From the IMG/VR virus record IMGVR_UViG_3300003523_000012, positions 1 through 64,000 of that record: a DNA stretch of 64,000 bases; one strand, 5' to 3'. How positions within the stretch are numbered: the first letter of the stretch is position 1; each line of letters starts with the position of its first letter. Positions 1-10,265 of this stretch are shown here, piece after piece. The DNA is from a virus (taxonomy: Duplodnaviria > Caudoviricetes). The position numbers were made by a program, and so were the translations under genes. The notes beneath the pieces were generated by a model. That model was not told the DNA's origin. It ran no database searches and saw nothing but the letters and a program-made list of their open reading frames with translations.

Positions 1-313
1 TAGCAGTACCATATACTTCAGCACTACTATATACTTTAGCATTGCCATATATTTTAGCATTACCCCATACTTTGGCATTATCTGATACCCAACAATCTCC
101 TCTCTGATCTAGATTATTGTATGATTCTATCCATCCACCTAAGTCTCCTTTTTTTACTTTCATCGATGGTATGTCTTTAAGAGCTTGAATTCGATGAAAG
201 ATTACACCATTTACTTTTTTTGTCTCATCAGTTAAAGTGTACTTCTTAGTATTAGAATCTATCACTCTCTTGATAGTGTTCTTATTTATAAGTGCTTCTT
301 TAAGATCTTTCAT
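1..313 (-). CDS. Hexapeptide-repeat (left-handed beta-helix-like) protein, truncated by window edge; paralog of 310..1005
   Basis: ATG at 313 overlaps the TGA of the upstream paralog; translates MKDLKEALINKNTIKRVIDSN...GDLGGWIESYNNLDQRGDCWVSDNAKVWGNAKIYGNA. Confidence 0.8.
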   Translation of the reverse strand, partial: MKDLKEALINKNTIKRVIDSNTKKYTLTDETKKVNGVIFHRIQALKDIPSMKVKKGDLGGWIESYNNLDQRGDCWVSDNAKVWGNAKIYGNAKVYSSAEVYGTA

Positions 314-1005
314 TTCTCTATTTTTCCTTTATTCACACCATAATCGACTTTAGCGCTACCGCATACTTCAGCATTGCCATAGACTTTAGCATTTTCATAT
401 ATTATAGCTTTATCATATACTTTAGCTTTGCCATACACTTTAGCAGCATCTCCTACTTGAGCAGTATCATATACTTTAGCATTTTCATATATCATAGCGT
501 CACCAAATACTTCTGCTTTGCCATACACTTGAGCATTGCCATATACATAAGTATCATTATATACTCGGGCCTCATTATATACTTTGGCATTATCACTTAC
601 TTCAGCATTGTCACATACTTCAGCACTATCATATGCACAAGCATTGCCATACACTTGAGCATTGTCATACACTAAAGCTTCACCATACACTTGAGCATTG
701 CCATACACTTTAGCAGTGTTGTATATTAAAGCTTCACCATATACTTTAGCTTCACCATACACTTGAGCATTTTCATCAACCCAGCAATCTCCTCTCTGAT
801 CTAGATTGTTGTATGATTCTATCCATCCACCTAGATCTCCTTTCTTCACATCTATTGATGGAATATCTTTAAGAGCTTGAATTCGATGAAGGATTACACC
901 ATTTGCTTTTTTTGTCTCATTTGTGAATCCATATTTCTTTTTATTAGAATCTATCACTCTCTTGATAGTGTTCTTATTTATTAATGCTTCTTTAAGATCT
1001 TTCAT
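310..1005 (-). CDS. Hexapeptide-repeat (A-x-V-Y-G/D-N) beta-helix protein
   Basis: GDLGGWIE..NL...GDCWV motif followed by more than 20 AxVYGN-type repeats. Confidence 0.85.
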   Translation of the reverse strand: MKDLKEALINKNTIKRVIDSNKKKYGFTNETKKANGVILHRIQALKDIPSIDVKKGDLGGWIESYNNLDQRGDCWVDENAQVYGEAKVYGEALIYNTAKVYGNAQVYGEALVYDNAQVYGNACAYDSAEVCDNAEVSDNAKVYNEARVYNDTYVYGNAQVYGKAEVFGDAMIYENAKVYDTAQVGDAAKVYGKAKVYDKAIIYENAKVYGNAEVCGSAKVDYGVNKGKIEK

Positions 1006-1029
1006 TTCTTTATCTTTTCTTTAATCTTA

Positions 1030-1452
1030 TCACATATCATTCTTAGTCAAAGACCTATATGTAGGGTCTAATCTATATCTTTTGAACAATTGAATGACAT
1101 CTCTTATGTCATGTATCTTAGACACATCTATAAGTTCTTTAGAGATTTTAGTTATCTTTCCACTTGAGCGATGAAGTTCACCGTCGTACATGAATTCATC
1201 AGTATAATGGTAGAAGTAACCACTTTCAGTCTTTGCAGGACAAATAATGAAATCTGCAAGGAATCCATCTTCTTTAAGCGCACTCTCTGCAGGAAGCACA
1301 ATCATGTCTCTTACTTTGTTCCAGCCATCTACAAATCTAACTGCTCTTCCTGGAGTAAGGTCCTTCAATGAAGAAGGTTCTATCCACGTGATACCTATTA
1401 ATGCTCTCTTGATATTGTTCTTATTTATTAATGCCTCTTTAAGATCTTTCAT
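1030..1452 (-). CDS. Hypothetical protein with shared N-terminal tag (MKDLKEALINKNNIKRA)
   Basis: Start re-assigned to ATG 1452, matching paralog N-termini and overlapping the upstream stop. Confidence 0.7.
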   Translation of the reverse strand: MKDLKEALINKNNIKRALIGITWIEPSSLKDLTPGRAVRFVDGWNKVRDMIVLPAESALKEDGFLADFIICPAKTESGYFYHYTDEFMYDGELHRSSGKITKISKELIDVSKIHDIRDVIQLFKRYRLDPTYRSLTKNDM

Positions 1453-2299
1453 TTGAGTAAGTGAAGTTTTTTTCTCCAACTTTAAAATATTTTCCAGAAA
1501 GAGTTCCCAGTGTATTGTATTTCTCTTCTCCTGTTCCAGAATCAGCTTCATGTCTATCCACTGGAAGTTTTTCATCTATATGAATGTAACTTTTCTCTTT
1601 GCCACCACGTATGAAATTGTCTTCAAAGATTACAGTTCTTGGCATGTACACTGGAAGGTTTGACTCAATCTCATAAGTGATCTCAATAGTTCTATTTTTT
1701 GAGTCAGTAGTTACACCATCAAACTCAAGGTTCAATTGTCCATCAACAGAGTCTGGCAACTTGTATGTGCAGAATATAGTCTCACCCATGTAAGATATAG
1801 TGTAATCATTTATAAAAGCTAGATTAGTGATTATGGATTGAGAAGCTTCCATAAGGTCTGAGAATGAGTCAAAATAGTATTTCACTCCAGCTTCACATCT
1901 TATTGGCATTCTGCGAAACTCAGCAGTTATGCCATATAAGAAATCTTTATAAGGTAGTTGGAATTTACCTCTCATATAAGGAGAAGACAATTGGTCGGTC
2001 AAAAGATTTATTCCATTGAACTGGACCATTGCTCTTGGAATTTGGTTGTACACATAGTCTTCATTGACTACTTCAAGAGGCTCTTTAGAATGGTCTTGCC
2101 CTTTGACTTCAAGAAACATTGTGTCATCACCAGTGTTCAAGACTATATGTGGTATCTCACACTTTCTGATCTTGATCTTCTGGTTTATATCATGTATGAA
2201 TCCTCTATAAAGAGCTTTGAAGTAGTTCTCTTGGTTGTTGATGTCAATCTCACCACGAATTATTTTCTCTCTTAGCTCTTTTTGAATCTCACTAGTCAT
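1439..2299 (-). CDS. Putative tail terminator/sheath stabilizer (T4 gp15-like)
   Basis: IPRAMVQFNGI...MPI...DLMEASQSII pattern resembles gp15 family; size about 290 aa; structural context. Confidence 0.45.
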   Translation of the reverse strand: MTSEIQKELREKIIRGEIDINNQENYFKALYRGFIHDINQKIKIRKCEIPHIVLNTGDDTMFLEVKGQDHSKEPLEVVNEDYVYNQIPRAMVQFNGINLLTDQLSSPYMRGKFQLPYKDFLYGITAEFRRMPIRCEAGVKYYFDSFSDLMEASQSIITNLAFINDYTISYMGETIFCTYKLPDSVDGQLNLEFDGVTTDSKNRTIEITYEIESNLPVYMPRTVIFEDNFIRGGKEKSYIHIDEKLPVDRHEADSGTGEEKYNTLGTLSGKYFKVGEKNFTYSNERS

Positions 2300-2301
2300 A
2301 G

Positions 2302-5300
2302 TTATCTACGATTCTTATTTTGATTCACCACACCTGAGATCTGGTTACCTCTTTTAGCTTTTGTCTGAGTCTCAACTTGTTTCACCACAACACTTTGATA
2401 TGGAGTCTTAGAGACTTGTTTCATAGCATTCTCTTTTTTGACTTTTTGATATACATCAGAAGTTCTAGAGACACCAATAGTGAATATGTAATTAACAGGA
2501 TCTGTGTATAGTGAAGTTCTCAAGTCAAATGACATTGTTCTTTCAAGATGGGTCACATTCTGATCAGAGAAGAAATAATACACAGACAATGGGATTGTGA
2601 TGCTTTCACCAGGGTTCAAAGTCTTGTACATATCATTAGCATCAATGCAAATAGCAGTGATATCTCCAATATAAGGATATATAGTGATATAATTGTTCAT
2701 TGTTCCATGAGTTGGTGGATTCAATGAGTCCCATGTGCTAGGAATAGCTTCTTTAGTTGCTTTGATCTTTCCAGTTCTACCAGAGTCAATGTTAGATGTT
2801 GTTTGGTCATCATAGTATGGAGATCCATCATATATAGAGTTCATTCTCCAATACATCCATTGGTTATGGTGCTGTAGAATAGCATTCTCTGTTGGATCAT
2901 CAACTTTCATCCAGACACCACCAACTGGCTCATGTGTGCTAGAGTCAGTAGCTAGCACATAATCACTAGCTAAGAACTTGCTTCTTGCTTCTTGTTTCAA
3001 AATCTCAGTGTATGCACCTGGGAACATAGTGTAAAGTTTAGTAGAATATTCACCAGCATTGTATATAGAAAGCTCAAGTTGAGTGTATGCTACTTCTTTA
3101 TTAGTAGGAGTCTGCTCTAAGATATTGAACACAGTATTGTCTGCTTTATGCTCATTTGATGAGTAGTCTGTGCACTCGAAGTAATTCTCAATATATGGAG
3201 AAATGTTCTGAGCTTGCATATTGTCACTCAGTGTCACAATCAAGTTCTGTGATTGCCATCCTAGAACCTCAGCTTGAAGATCATATATAGATGAGTCAAT
3301 CATTTGAAGTTTGTCTTTCAAAGGAATGATTCGTCTCTCTTCAGTGTAGAATCCACTAGAGATATGCTCAGGCTTGTGGAAATAAGTTACATCATTGTCT
3401 CTCACTTTGTCTTCAACATGCTCAGGTATTCCTTTCTCCAATAAAAGAGACTCAAATTGATATTCTTTCACATCATTGTTGTTCTCTTCAATGATGTCTA
3501 ATATAGAGACTTGTTTGACAAATTTTTCAGGGAATTCAATCTGCATGATCTCACTCCATTGAGAAGTAGTCTCAATAAATGGCCAGCCAAGATCATATAT
3601 GTATCTTACTCTAAAATCAACTAACTCACCTTGAGAGATTGGGATGTCAATTTGGTTCCAAGATGGCTCATTCTTTATAGAAGTGTTCTCATTGTACTCA
3701 TAGAAGAATGTGAACCCATCAGTAGAAGGATGTCTCATATCTGTTATAGACACCATACGGTTCCAATCAGAGAATATGTTCTCGCCAATTGAAGATGCAT
3801 TTCCAGCATAGCGAGCTTTGTTCTTGTATCTATACTCACAATCAATTCTTATAGGTTTAGGAAGGTCAGCAGGATATTCTTCAACAAAGCCACGAATATG
3901 GAATTTTGCTCCATCAATAGGAAGCTCAGTGTCATTAGCTGCTTGAGCAATCTCTTGTGAGATGCTAGCTATAGAGTTGTTCAACTCAATCTTCTTAGCA
4001 TTCCATTCAGTGAGTTGTGACTCATACAGTTGTCTGTTGCTCTCACTATCATCAAATGAGATGCTTGATAAGATCTTTTGGATATTAGCAATAGAGTTCA
4101 ACACACCTTGAAGATCTGTCTTATACTGTGACTTTTGTGAGTAAAGTCTTCTGATATTCTGTACAGTGTCAGAGTCATCTAAATGCTTGTTGATTTGGAC
4201 AACATCAAAATTAGAAGGCACTAGAACTGGTTGGCTAGCAAGAATCCTATCAAACTCATCTTTATGTATATTATTGATTGTATTTCTAACCATATCAGTG
4301 ATTCCAAACAGAGTGTCACCAATGTTGTTCACATAATCATTGTAATAGTCTCTGAAGTTGACAATATCTCCATTCAAGTTTATAGTCAGCTCATCAGTAT
4401 TTATGTAAAGACCTTCACCCCAAGGAGCTTGGATGTTCATCTCATCATTGATGGCTGAAGCAAATATGCACACGTGCTGATCTTCTTCCAATGGAACATC
4501 AATGTACTTGAATTGAGTGTAGTCTCTTTGCTTGAAGTATCTGAGCTTGCACTTGTCATCACCTTGTGTGATGTCATGGATCTCTGCATATGCGCCATAG
4601 AGTACTTTGCAAGTAAGAGTTCTCACAGCTGGCTCAACAGACTCAACTAAGAGTTTCACTGTATCATCGTTCATCACTAAGAAGTCACCAACTTCAATGT
4701 CAAACTCAACTGATTGATTCTGAGCAGTGTAAGTCAGATCTTCATTGAACTCTAGAACATAGTGCTCTTCAAAGTTATCATCAATCCATTGTTGCTTGAC
4801 TTGTCTTACAGTGTATGTACCATAAGGAGTATTGTCTTTCAATGGCAAACGTTTCAAAGTGTCATACTCTACATAGTCTTTGTCTTCTTCATAATTATAT
4901 AAGATATGAGCCATATCTTCCCATTTCATCACTCCACCATTTTGCATCTGCTGGATAGCAGCAACCATGTCTAAGTTTCTAGCAGCAATCTTCTTCACAT
5001 TCACCCAAGAAGCATTCTCTGTAAGATTAGAGAGATTCAACTTCACATAAGGAGCAGGAGTCATGAAGTCTTTCAATATGTCTGCTTTTTCAGAAAAGAA
5101 TGTAGTGACAGGAGTGAGTTTTTGCTCTTCTGGACAATTTGAATAACCCAACAGACGAATCTTTTGAGTGTTCTCATCAAATGTTATAGCAGCTTCACCA
5201 GTTTTAGGAATAGAGACTAGATTCTCAAAGTCTGCTTGAAGCTGGTCAACTTTGTTCTCTAATGCAATGTATGAAGGGATAATGTATCTTTTAGTTCCTA

Positions 5301-5418
5301 TCATTACAGCAAGATGTTCTTTCTTGGTTGAGAACGCATCATTTATAGCGGTCAAGATCTTGAGATTAGTGTTTGTCAAGTCTTGAAGTCTGTAAAGATA
5401 GTCAGTGATGTTTGCCAT
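2302..5418 (-). CDS. Large virion structural protein (1038 aa, central coiled coil)
   Basis: Long ORF with coiled-coil segment, between endolysin and gp15-like gene. Confidence 0.55.
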   Translation of the reverse strand: MANITDYLYRLQDLTNTNLKILTAINDAFSTKKEHLAVMIGTKRYIIPSYIALENKVDQLQADFENLVSIPKTGEAAITFDENTQKIRLLGYSNCPEEQKLTPVTTFFSEKADILKDFMTPAPYVKLNLSNLTENASWVNVKKIAARNLDMVAAIQQMQNGGVMKWEDMAHILYNYEEDKDYVEYDTLKRLPLKDNTPYGTYTVRQVKQQWIDDNFEEHYVLEFNEDLTYTAQNQSVEFDIEVGDFLVMNDDTVKLLVESVEPAVRTLTCKVLYGAYAEIHDITQGDDKCKLRYFKQRDYTQFKYIDVPLEEDQHVCIFASAINDEMNIQAPWGEGLYINTDELTINLNGDIVNFRDYYNDYVNNIGDTLFGITDMVRNTINNIHKDEFDRILASQPVLVPSNFDVVQINKHLDDSDTVQNIRRLYSQKSQYKTDLQGVLNSIANIQKILSSISFDDSESNRQLYESQLTEWNAKKIELNNSIASISQEIAQAANDTELPIDGAKFHIRGFVEEYPADLPKPIRIDCEYRYKNKARYAGNASSIGENIFSDWNRMVSITDMRHPSTDGFTFFYEYNENTSIKNEPSWNQIDIPISQGELVDFRVRYIYDLGWPFIETTSQWSEIMQIEFPEKFVKQVSILDIIEENNNDVKEYQFESLLLEKGIPEHVEDKVRDNDVTYFHKPEHISSGFYTEERRIIPLKDKLQMIDSSIYDLQAEVLGWQSQNLIVTLSDNMQAQNISPYIENYFECTDYSSNEHKADNTVFNILEQTPTNKEVAYTQLELSIYNAGEYSTKLYTMFPGAYTEILKQEARSKFLASDYVLATDSSTHEPVGGVWMKVDDPTENAILQHHNQWMYWRMNSIYDGSPYYDDQTTSNIDSGRTGKIKATKEAIPSTWDSLNPPTHGTMNNYITIYPYIGDITAICIDANDMYKTLNPGESITIPLSVYYFFSDQNVTHLERTMSFDLRTSLYTDPVNYIFTIGVSRTSDVYQKVKKENAMKQVSKTPYQSVVVKQVETQTKAKRGNQISGVVNQNKNRR

Positions 5419-5507
5419 TTCTTATATATCTTTTATTAGTTATAAAATAAAAAAACGAAGTATATTACTTAATATACTTCGCTGGAATGAATGAGTAAAG
5501 ATTTTGC

Positions 5508-6209
5508 TTATGCCAATTGTAAGATCTTTTTGATCCACTCTAAAAGAGTCTGGAGCCAAGTCACTTTCTTCTCTTCTAGAACTTGCTCATTTTTGGGAGT
5601 AGGGATCTCTTCTTTATTCTCAACTACAATAGGTTTGGTCTCTTCAATTTGAGTTGTAGATCCTCCTTCTAATTGAGAAGGATCTTTGTCTTCAAAAGGG
5701 GATGGCTCAAATGTGAATGAGTTCAATCGGCGAAGCCAACCTTTGAGATACTTCCAAGCTCCAGAGCAAGATGAGAGATAAATCTTTCTACGATCCCAAA
5801 GCATTTGGAATAATTGAGCTTGAGGGTCCCACTCATTTAGAGTTCTAAGGCTCATTGGTCCAAAAATCCCATCAGCTGTGACACCAAGAACTTTCTGTAT
5901 CACTTTAATGTAGCCAGTTCCAGAGCCCCACACACAGTCAAAGCACAAGTTAGCAATAGACTGGTTCTTGATATTGTCACCTTGTATCTTTGACCAATAA
6001 AGAAGATCTGCTAGATCCAAGATTTCTTCATTAGTGATTCTTTTGAGATCTTCTACAGTAGGAGCCTTTTTTCCTTTTCTTCTACAGTATTCTTTATATG
6101 TAGCAATGGTGACTCCTTTCATTGTTGGGCCACCACTATCATCAGGATCATTAGCAAATCCGCCTTCCCAACCGAGTACTTTCTTTAGTGCTATCTCTAA
6201 GTTCGCCAT
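5508..6209 (-). CDS. Endolysin, glycoside hydrolase family 108 with peptidoglycan-binding region
   Basis: EGGFANDPDDSGGPTMKGVT catalytic signature; ADGIFGP and GWLRRL motifs. Confidence 0.88.
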   Translation of the reverse strand: MANLEIALKKVLGWEGGFANDPDDSGGPTMKGVTIATYKEYCRRKGKKAPTVEDLKRITNEEILDLADLLYWSKIQGDNIKNQSIANLCFDCVWGSGTGYIKVIQKVLGVTADGIFGPMSLRTLNEWDPQAQLFQMLWDRRKIYLSSCSGAWKYLKGWLRRLNSFTFEPSPFEDKDPSQLEGGSTTQIEETKPIVVENKEEIPTPKNEQVLEEKKVTWLQTLLEWIKKILQLA

Positions 6210-6224
6210 TCACAATTAATTATT

Positions 6225-6413
6225 TTACCAACCAAAATCATCGGGATTACTACCGTAATATTCTATCATCATTCCTTCATCATGATGTCTTCTTTTCTTG
6301 CTAGCTTCTTCACAAGCTTTGTCACTTGCTTCTTCAGCAGAATCACAAGTTATCAAGTGTCTTGAAGACTCATTCACAAGGGATTCATTAAATATTTCTA
6401 CAATAGATTTCAT
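6225..6413 (-). CDS. Small protein with T4-like capsid-targeting N-terminus
   Basis: MKSIVEIFNESLVNESS. Confidence 0.6.
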   Translation of the reverse strand: MKSIVEIFNESLVNESSRHLITCDSAEEASDKACEEASKKRRHHDEGMMIEYYGSNPDDFGW

Positions 6414-6436
6414 ATTATACATATTTATTTTTTCTA

Positions 6437-6649
6437 TTAAAGTTCAATATCATTAGGACCACCATCTGCATGATAAATATCATTATTTATCTCTGATTCT
6501 AGCCATTCATCAAAAAGATTAGCATCACTAGGATATCTAAGTTTAATATCTGTAGTAATAATTTTTCCCTTGATATTGAATGCTACTGAGTAAGGATAGT
6601 TTCTTGATTCATTTATAGAATCGTTCATTGTCTTTGTTAATGATTTCAT
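6437..6649 (-). CDS. Small protein with capsid-targeting-like N-terminus
   Basis: MKSLTKTMNDSINESR. Confidence 0.6.
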   Translation of the reverse strand: MKSLTKTMNDSINESRNYPYSVAFNIKGKIITTDIKLRYPSDANLFDEWLESEINNDIYHADGGPNDIEL

Positions 6650-6999
6650 TATATCTCAAATTTATTTTTATCTAATCCAATTTTTTCAATCTCATCTAAT
6701 ATAGTGTCATTCATATTCAGATTCACCATTTCAGATGTGACTGGCACCACTAAAGTGTTCTCTTCAACAAAACAAGTCTCTACACCAAATCTCTTCTTAA
6801 GTATAATAGAGTCTTTTTGCGGAGTGCTTGTAGTATAAGTTGCAATGCACATAGAGTCTAAAGATTCCATAGCTTTGTCTATAGAGTCTTCAATTTTTAA
6901 AGGATTATTTATATAATTTATTAAATCCATTTTAATAGTTAAATATTTCATACCAAGCTTTTTCATCTTTGGTATTCTTGATTCCATCAAAGGTTTCAA
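6649..6999 (-). CDS. Hypothetical protein (true start possibly 6951)
   Basis: ORF in tightly packed operon. Confidence 0.55.
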   Translation of the reverse strand: MKPLMESRIPKMKKLGMKYLTIKMDLINYINNPLKIEDSIDKAMESLDSMCIATYTTSTPQKDSIILKKRFGVETCFVEENTLVVPVTSEMVNLNMNDTILDEIEKIGLDKNKFEI

Positions 7000-7234
7000 T
7001 AGCTAGATCAATTTGATCTTTGAAATTTTTAACTTCTTTATTATATTTTTTTCTTAGCATTTCCAAGTGTTCTTCATCTAATTGATAAGCTTCATCATCA
7101 TCTTCGATTTTGTTCTTTTCTAAATACTTTTTCTCATCCAAATAGTTTTTATAAAGCTCTTTAGCTTCTTCACTTGGAGAATAAGCTTCATTTACTTCTA
7201 AAGCTTCATTCAAATAATCAGTTATATCTTTCAT
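6932..7234 (-). CDS. Acidic small protein with capsid-targeting-like N-terminus
   Basis: MKDITDYLNEALEVNEA from ATG 7234. Confidence 0.6.
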   Translation of the reverse strand: MKDITDYLNEALEVNEAYSPSEEAKELYKNYLDEKKYLEKNKIEDDDEAYQLDEEHLEMLRKKYNKEVKNFKDQIDLAIETFDGIKNTKDEKAWYEIFNY

Positions 7235-7250
7235 ATTTTCTATATTTTTT

Positions 7251-8192
7251 TTACACAATCAATGCCCAACGGTCATCTTTCTCTGGCTTGATTTCTTCAC
7301 CATCTCCTAATATCCAATTGTCTCCATCATAGAATGCTTGAACCGTGTCAAGCTCCCAGCCGATTCTTCTATCTAGTTTAACTAACACATTCTCATACTC
7401 TTTAGGTTTCTCAGTAGAGAATTTCTTGAATTTCACTTGCTGACCTCTCAAGCGTGGTTTCACATTAGATTGCCAGAATTCTTCATCATTACCATATTCT
7501 AATTCACCTCTCAAGAATTGGTTGAAATAGTCTTTCTTTCCTTTAGCTCTCTCAGCACTAATCAAGTCACATGCACAAACAATCTTAGCTTCAGCAGTCA
7601 TAGGAATTACAGGAGATCCCCATTCACGTTTTGAGTGGTGTGCTAATATGCAATGAGTCACAGAGTCTTTCACAAAGTTTCCAATTCCAAATTGTCTAGC
7701 ATCTTCATCAAAGTGCTCAGCTGACATGAATATGTGTCCTTTAGACATCATAGCATAAGTAATTCCCCATCTCCCATTCTCATCAGCACCTTTAGAGTGC
7801 TCATACTCATTCAGTTTTCCCCAGTCATGATACAATATAGCTGTAGCACAAATGCCCCAATTAAAATGCTCATTGTCTTTCTTTTTAGAAGAGTTGAACT
7901 TCATAGCATTCTTAGGATGTTTCACATATGTGTTGTATAATATATCTAACATCTCAAAAGTATGCACTGCAAGACCTCCTAAGAAATTGTGGTGCTTTCC
8001 AGCAGCACCAGTTTTGTCACTGAACAAGTTTGCAAACTCTAAACATTTAGATCTGAATAGCTCAAACAATTTCTTGTCCTCAAAGTAAGGCTCAAACATA
8101 TCTGAGTATCTTCTACCCATTCTATACACATCTTGTATAGTAGGTGTATCTTCAGAAAGAGCTTCAAATAGTAAATAAGTTAGACTTCTCAT
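7251..8192 (-). CDS. HD-domain phosphohydrolase (YhaM/Cbf1-like)
   Basis: HHNFLGGLAVHT, LYHDWGK, GHI, ILAHH..EWGSP..P.T.EA.IV..CD motifs. Confidence 0.85.
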   Translation of the reverse strand: MRSLTYLLFEALSEDTPTIQDVYRMGRRYSDMFEPYFEDKKLFELFRSKCLEFANLFSDKTGAAGKHHNFLGGLAVHTFEMLDILYNTYVKHPKNAMKFNSSKKKDNEHFNWGICATAILYHDWGKLNEYEHSKGADENGRWGITYAMMSKGHIFMSAEHFDEDARQFGIGNFVKDSVTHCILAHHSKREWGSPVIPMTAEAKIVCACDLISAERAKGKKDYFNQFLRGELEYGNDEEFWQSNVKPRLRGQQVKFKKFSTEKPKEYENVLVKLDRRIGWELDTVQAFYDGDNWILGDGEEIKPEKDDRWALIV

Positions 8193-8211
8193 ATATCTTT
8201 ATGTAGTAATT

Positions 8212-8634
8212 TTATCTTTCAATATATTTCATACCTTTTACAATTTTGTGTATCTCTTTATAGAAATTTTCTGTAAAGTTTTTTATCTCATTTTCTTTTA
8301 GAACTCTATCATAGATTATGACAATATCATATTCATGATAGGCTCTATCATTATATTTAAGATCATCAGTATAGTCTATTAGATCAAAATAACAAACTTC
8401 TTTATCTTTAGAATCATAAGTTAAGATAATATTATGATCTGTTATAAATACAAAATCAAATTTATCCTCTATATATTTAGACAACTGGTCATCAACATAT
8501 ACACCTAGAGTGCCATCTTCAAAGCCAACTATAGTCCCACATGTAAAATTAGACTTAGAGAACATCGATAACACCACACCAGCATGTGCTCTTTTTATTG
8601 TGCTCTTTGATATCAATGCTTTAAGTGGCTTCAT
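8212..8634 (-). CDS. Hypothetical protein, LISK..I.RAH N-terminal family
   Basis: MKPLKALISKSTIKRAH. Confidence 0.7.
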   Translation of the reverse strand: MKPLKALISKSTIKRAHAGVVLSMFSKSNFTCGTIVGFEDGTLGVYVDDQLSKYIEDKFDFVFITDHNIILTYDSKDKEVCYFDLIDYTDDLKYNDRAYHEYDIVIIYDRVLKENEIKNFTENFYKEIHKIVKGMKYIER

Positions 8635-8649
8635 AGTATTTATCTTATT

Positions 8650-9027
8650 TTATGCATTTATAGTCTTTCCTTCCTTCAGATCATCTGCACATAGCTTTGA
8701 TGTCTCTAGATCTTTCACCAGAACTTCAATGTCAGAATATTCTTGCGGGATTTCAAATGTCAACACTTCAGCGCCGAATCCATTTGGATCATATTCAGCA
8801 AGCAGGCTCTTGATCTTTTGGAGAAGCTGTTTGTTGTTTGGAATGATGTAGCATTCATGCTCCCAGTCGTGTTGGCCTCTTCCGATTCCTCCGAAGTTTA
8901 TGCGAACTCTTCTGCAATCATTTTGGTCGTTCAAGTAATCTCTCACGTCATCTGCTATCGGATGAGCAATCAAGAAGTCACGGCTTAGACTCTTTGCCTC
9001 TGTTATATAGTCAACTATTGATTTCAT
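8650..9027 (-). CDS. Hypothetical protein with capsid-targeting-like N-terminus
   Basis: MKSIVDYITEAK. Confidence 0.65.
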   Translation of the reverse strand: MKSIVDYITEAKSLSRDFLIAHPIADDVRDYLNDQNDCRRVRINFGGIGRGQHDWEHECYIIPNNKQLLQKIKSLLAEYDPNGFGAEVLTFEIPQEYSDIEVLVKDLETSKLCADDLKEGKTINA

Positions 9028-9446
9028 TATCTAATCTCTATTTTACCATATTTGTATTTCTTAAAATATTCTCTGATCTTTCTCATTGCTTCTGAAGACT
9101 TGACTAGAATATCTCCTTGTCTAGTTCCAACTAGAATACAACCACTAGTGTGCTCTTCAGTCATTCCTCCATGAATCAAAATCCCAGTGAATCCAGGAAC
9201 ATTTGTTATCCATGGATAATAGTTTTTATACTTGGTCCACCAATAGTTCTCTATAGAGTATTTTCCTCTTGGTATGGCGGTCTTAGAGTATACTTTTTCC
9301 TTTCTCAATGTCTCTATATCTGGAAGATGATCTTCAAGATGTCTGTCAGTGTCTTCTAAAGTGTCACAGATCTCTACATTATCTATATAAAGTTTTCCAA
9401 ACACTCGAAGTGGTTGCTCTTCATATCTTTTCACACATAATTCCAT
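9027..9446 (-). CDS. DUF5675-like protein (possible cell-wall transpeptidase fold)
   Basis: CDTLE, TAIPRGKY, GILIHGG...HTSGCILVG motifs. Confidence 0.75.
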   Translation of the reverse strand: MELCVKRYEEQPLRVFGKLYIDNVEICDTLEDTDRHLEDHLPDIETLRKEKVYSKTAIPRGKYSIENYWWTKYKNYYPWITNVPGFTGILIHGGMTEEHTSGCILVGTRQGDILVKSSEAMRKIREYFKKYKYGKIEIR

Positions 9447-9512
9447 AAAAAAGGACTTGATTCTATGATTAATAATAAAATCAAGTCCTAGACTATTATA
9501 TTCAATTTTTAA

Positions 9513-9890
9513 TTAGCAGAATTGTGGATCCTTTTCAGAAGTAGCTGTTGCAGTGATTGTGTTTTCTATTGAAGGATCTGATATAGAAGATACTGCAGTA
9601 TACACTACATTGTTTGGAAGTCCAGTAGAAGAATCTTTTTCATTCCACCAAGGATTGATAACATCATCTCCAGTATTATTAATTTTAATTCCATTGCCAC
9701 CAGTAGTAGTTATAGTATATGGTCCTCCAGTCCAAGTTGTTGTCAATGGTTGTTCAGTATGAGTGTAAGGAATATAGATTGGATCTCTATTTTCTTTAAA
9801 CAAAAGCTCTAGAAGATAATATGCTTCTTCTGGTTGGATTTGTCCTCTTGTTATAAGATTATAAATACTCTTGAATACTTTCTCTTTCAT
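9513..9890 (-). CDS. Hypothetical protein
   Basis: ORF in operon, terminator downstream. Confidence 0.6.
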   Translation of the reverse strand: MKEKVFKSIYNLITRGQIQPEEAYYLLELLFKENRDPIYIPYTHTEQPLTTTWTGGPYTITTTGGNGIKINNTGDDVINPWWNEKDSSTGLPNNVVYTAVSSISDPSIENTITATATSEKDPQFC

Positions 9891-9903
9891 ACTTATTTGA
9901 TTT

Positions 9904-10158
9904 TTATTTCATTTTCTTGTGTACTGCGCACAATGTGTCTCCAGCAACTCTATGGTTCTTGCATCTTACTCCGGCTTTAGTGATAGCCACACAATGAAGT
10001 GTATCAGTCATATCAACTTTCAATGAATCTACTGGAATAGAGTCGCACACTACAGTAATAGTGTCTTGTTCGATTACATTTTGTTGATTGCCTTGAGGAT
10101 CACAAGCAGTAAATACCAAAGCAAAAGCTAATACTAACGATAACAAAATTTTCTTCAT
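9904..10158 (-). CDS. Lipoprotein with C-terminal Cys/His (zinc-finger-like) motif
   Basis: MKKILLSLVLAFALVFTAC lipobox; CVAITKAGVRCKN...CAVH. Confidence 0.65.
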   Translation of the reverse strand: MKKILLSLVLAFALVFTACDPQGNQQNVIEQDTITVVCDSIPVDSLKVDMTDTLHCVAITKAGVRCKNHRVAGDTLCAVHKKMK

Positions 10159-10265
10159 AGTTATAGTTTTATTTTGATAATATAATATAATCAAGTTATG
10201 GATTCTTTTCATACTAAAAAAAGGTGACTATTCAAGCCACCTTTAAGTTTGTTCATAAAGTAGAA

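Noticed and set aside
340-790. CRISPR-like or DGR-like tandem repeats
   Set aside because: The 18-nt periodicity is the coding hexapeptide repeat; there are no spacers and no reverse transcriptase.
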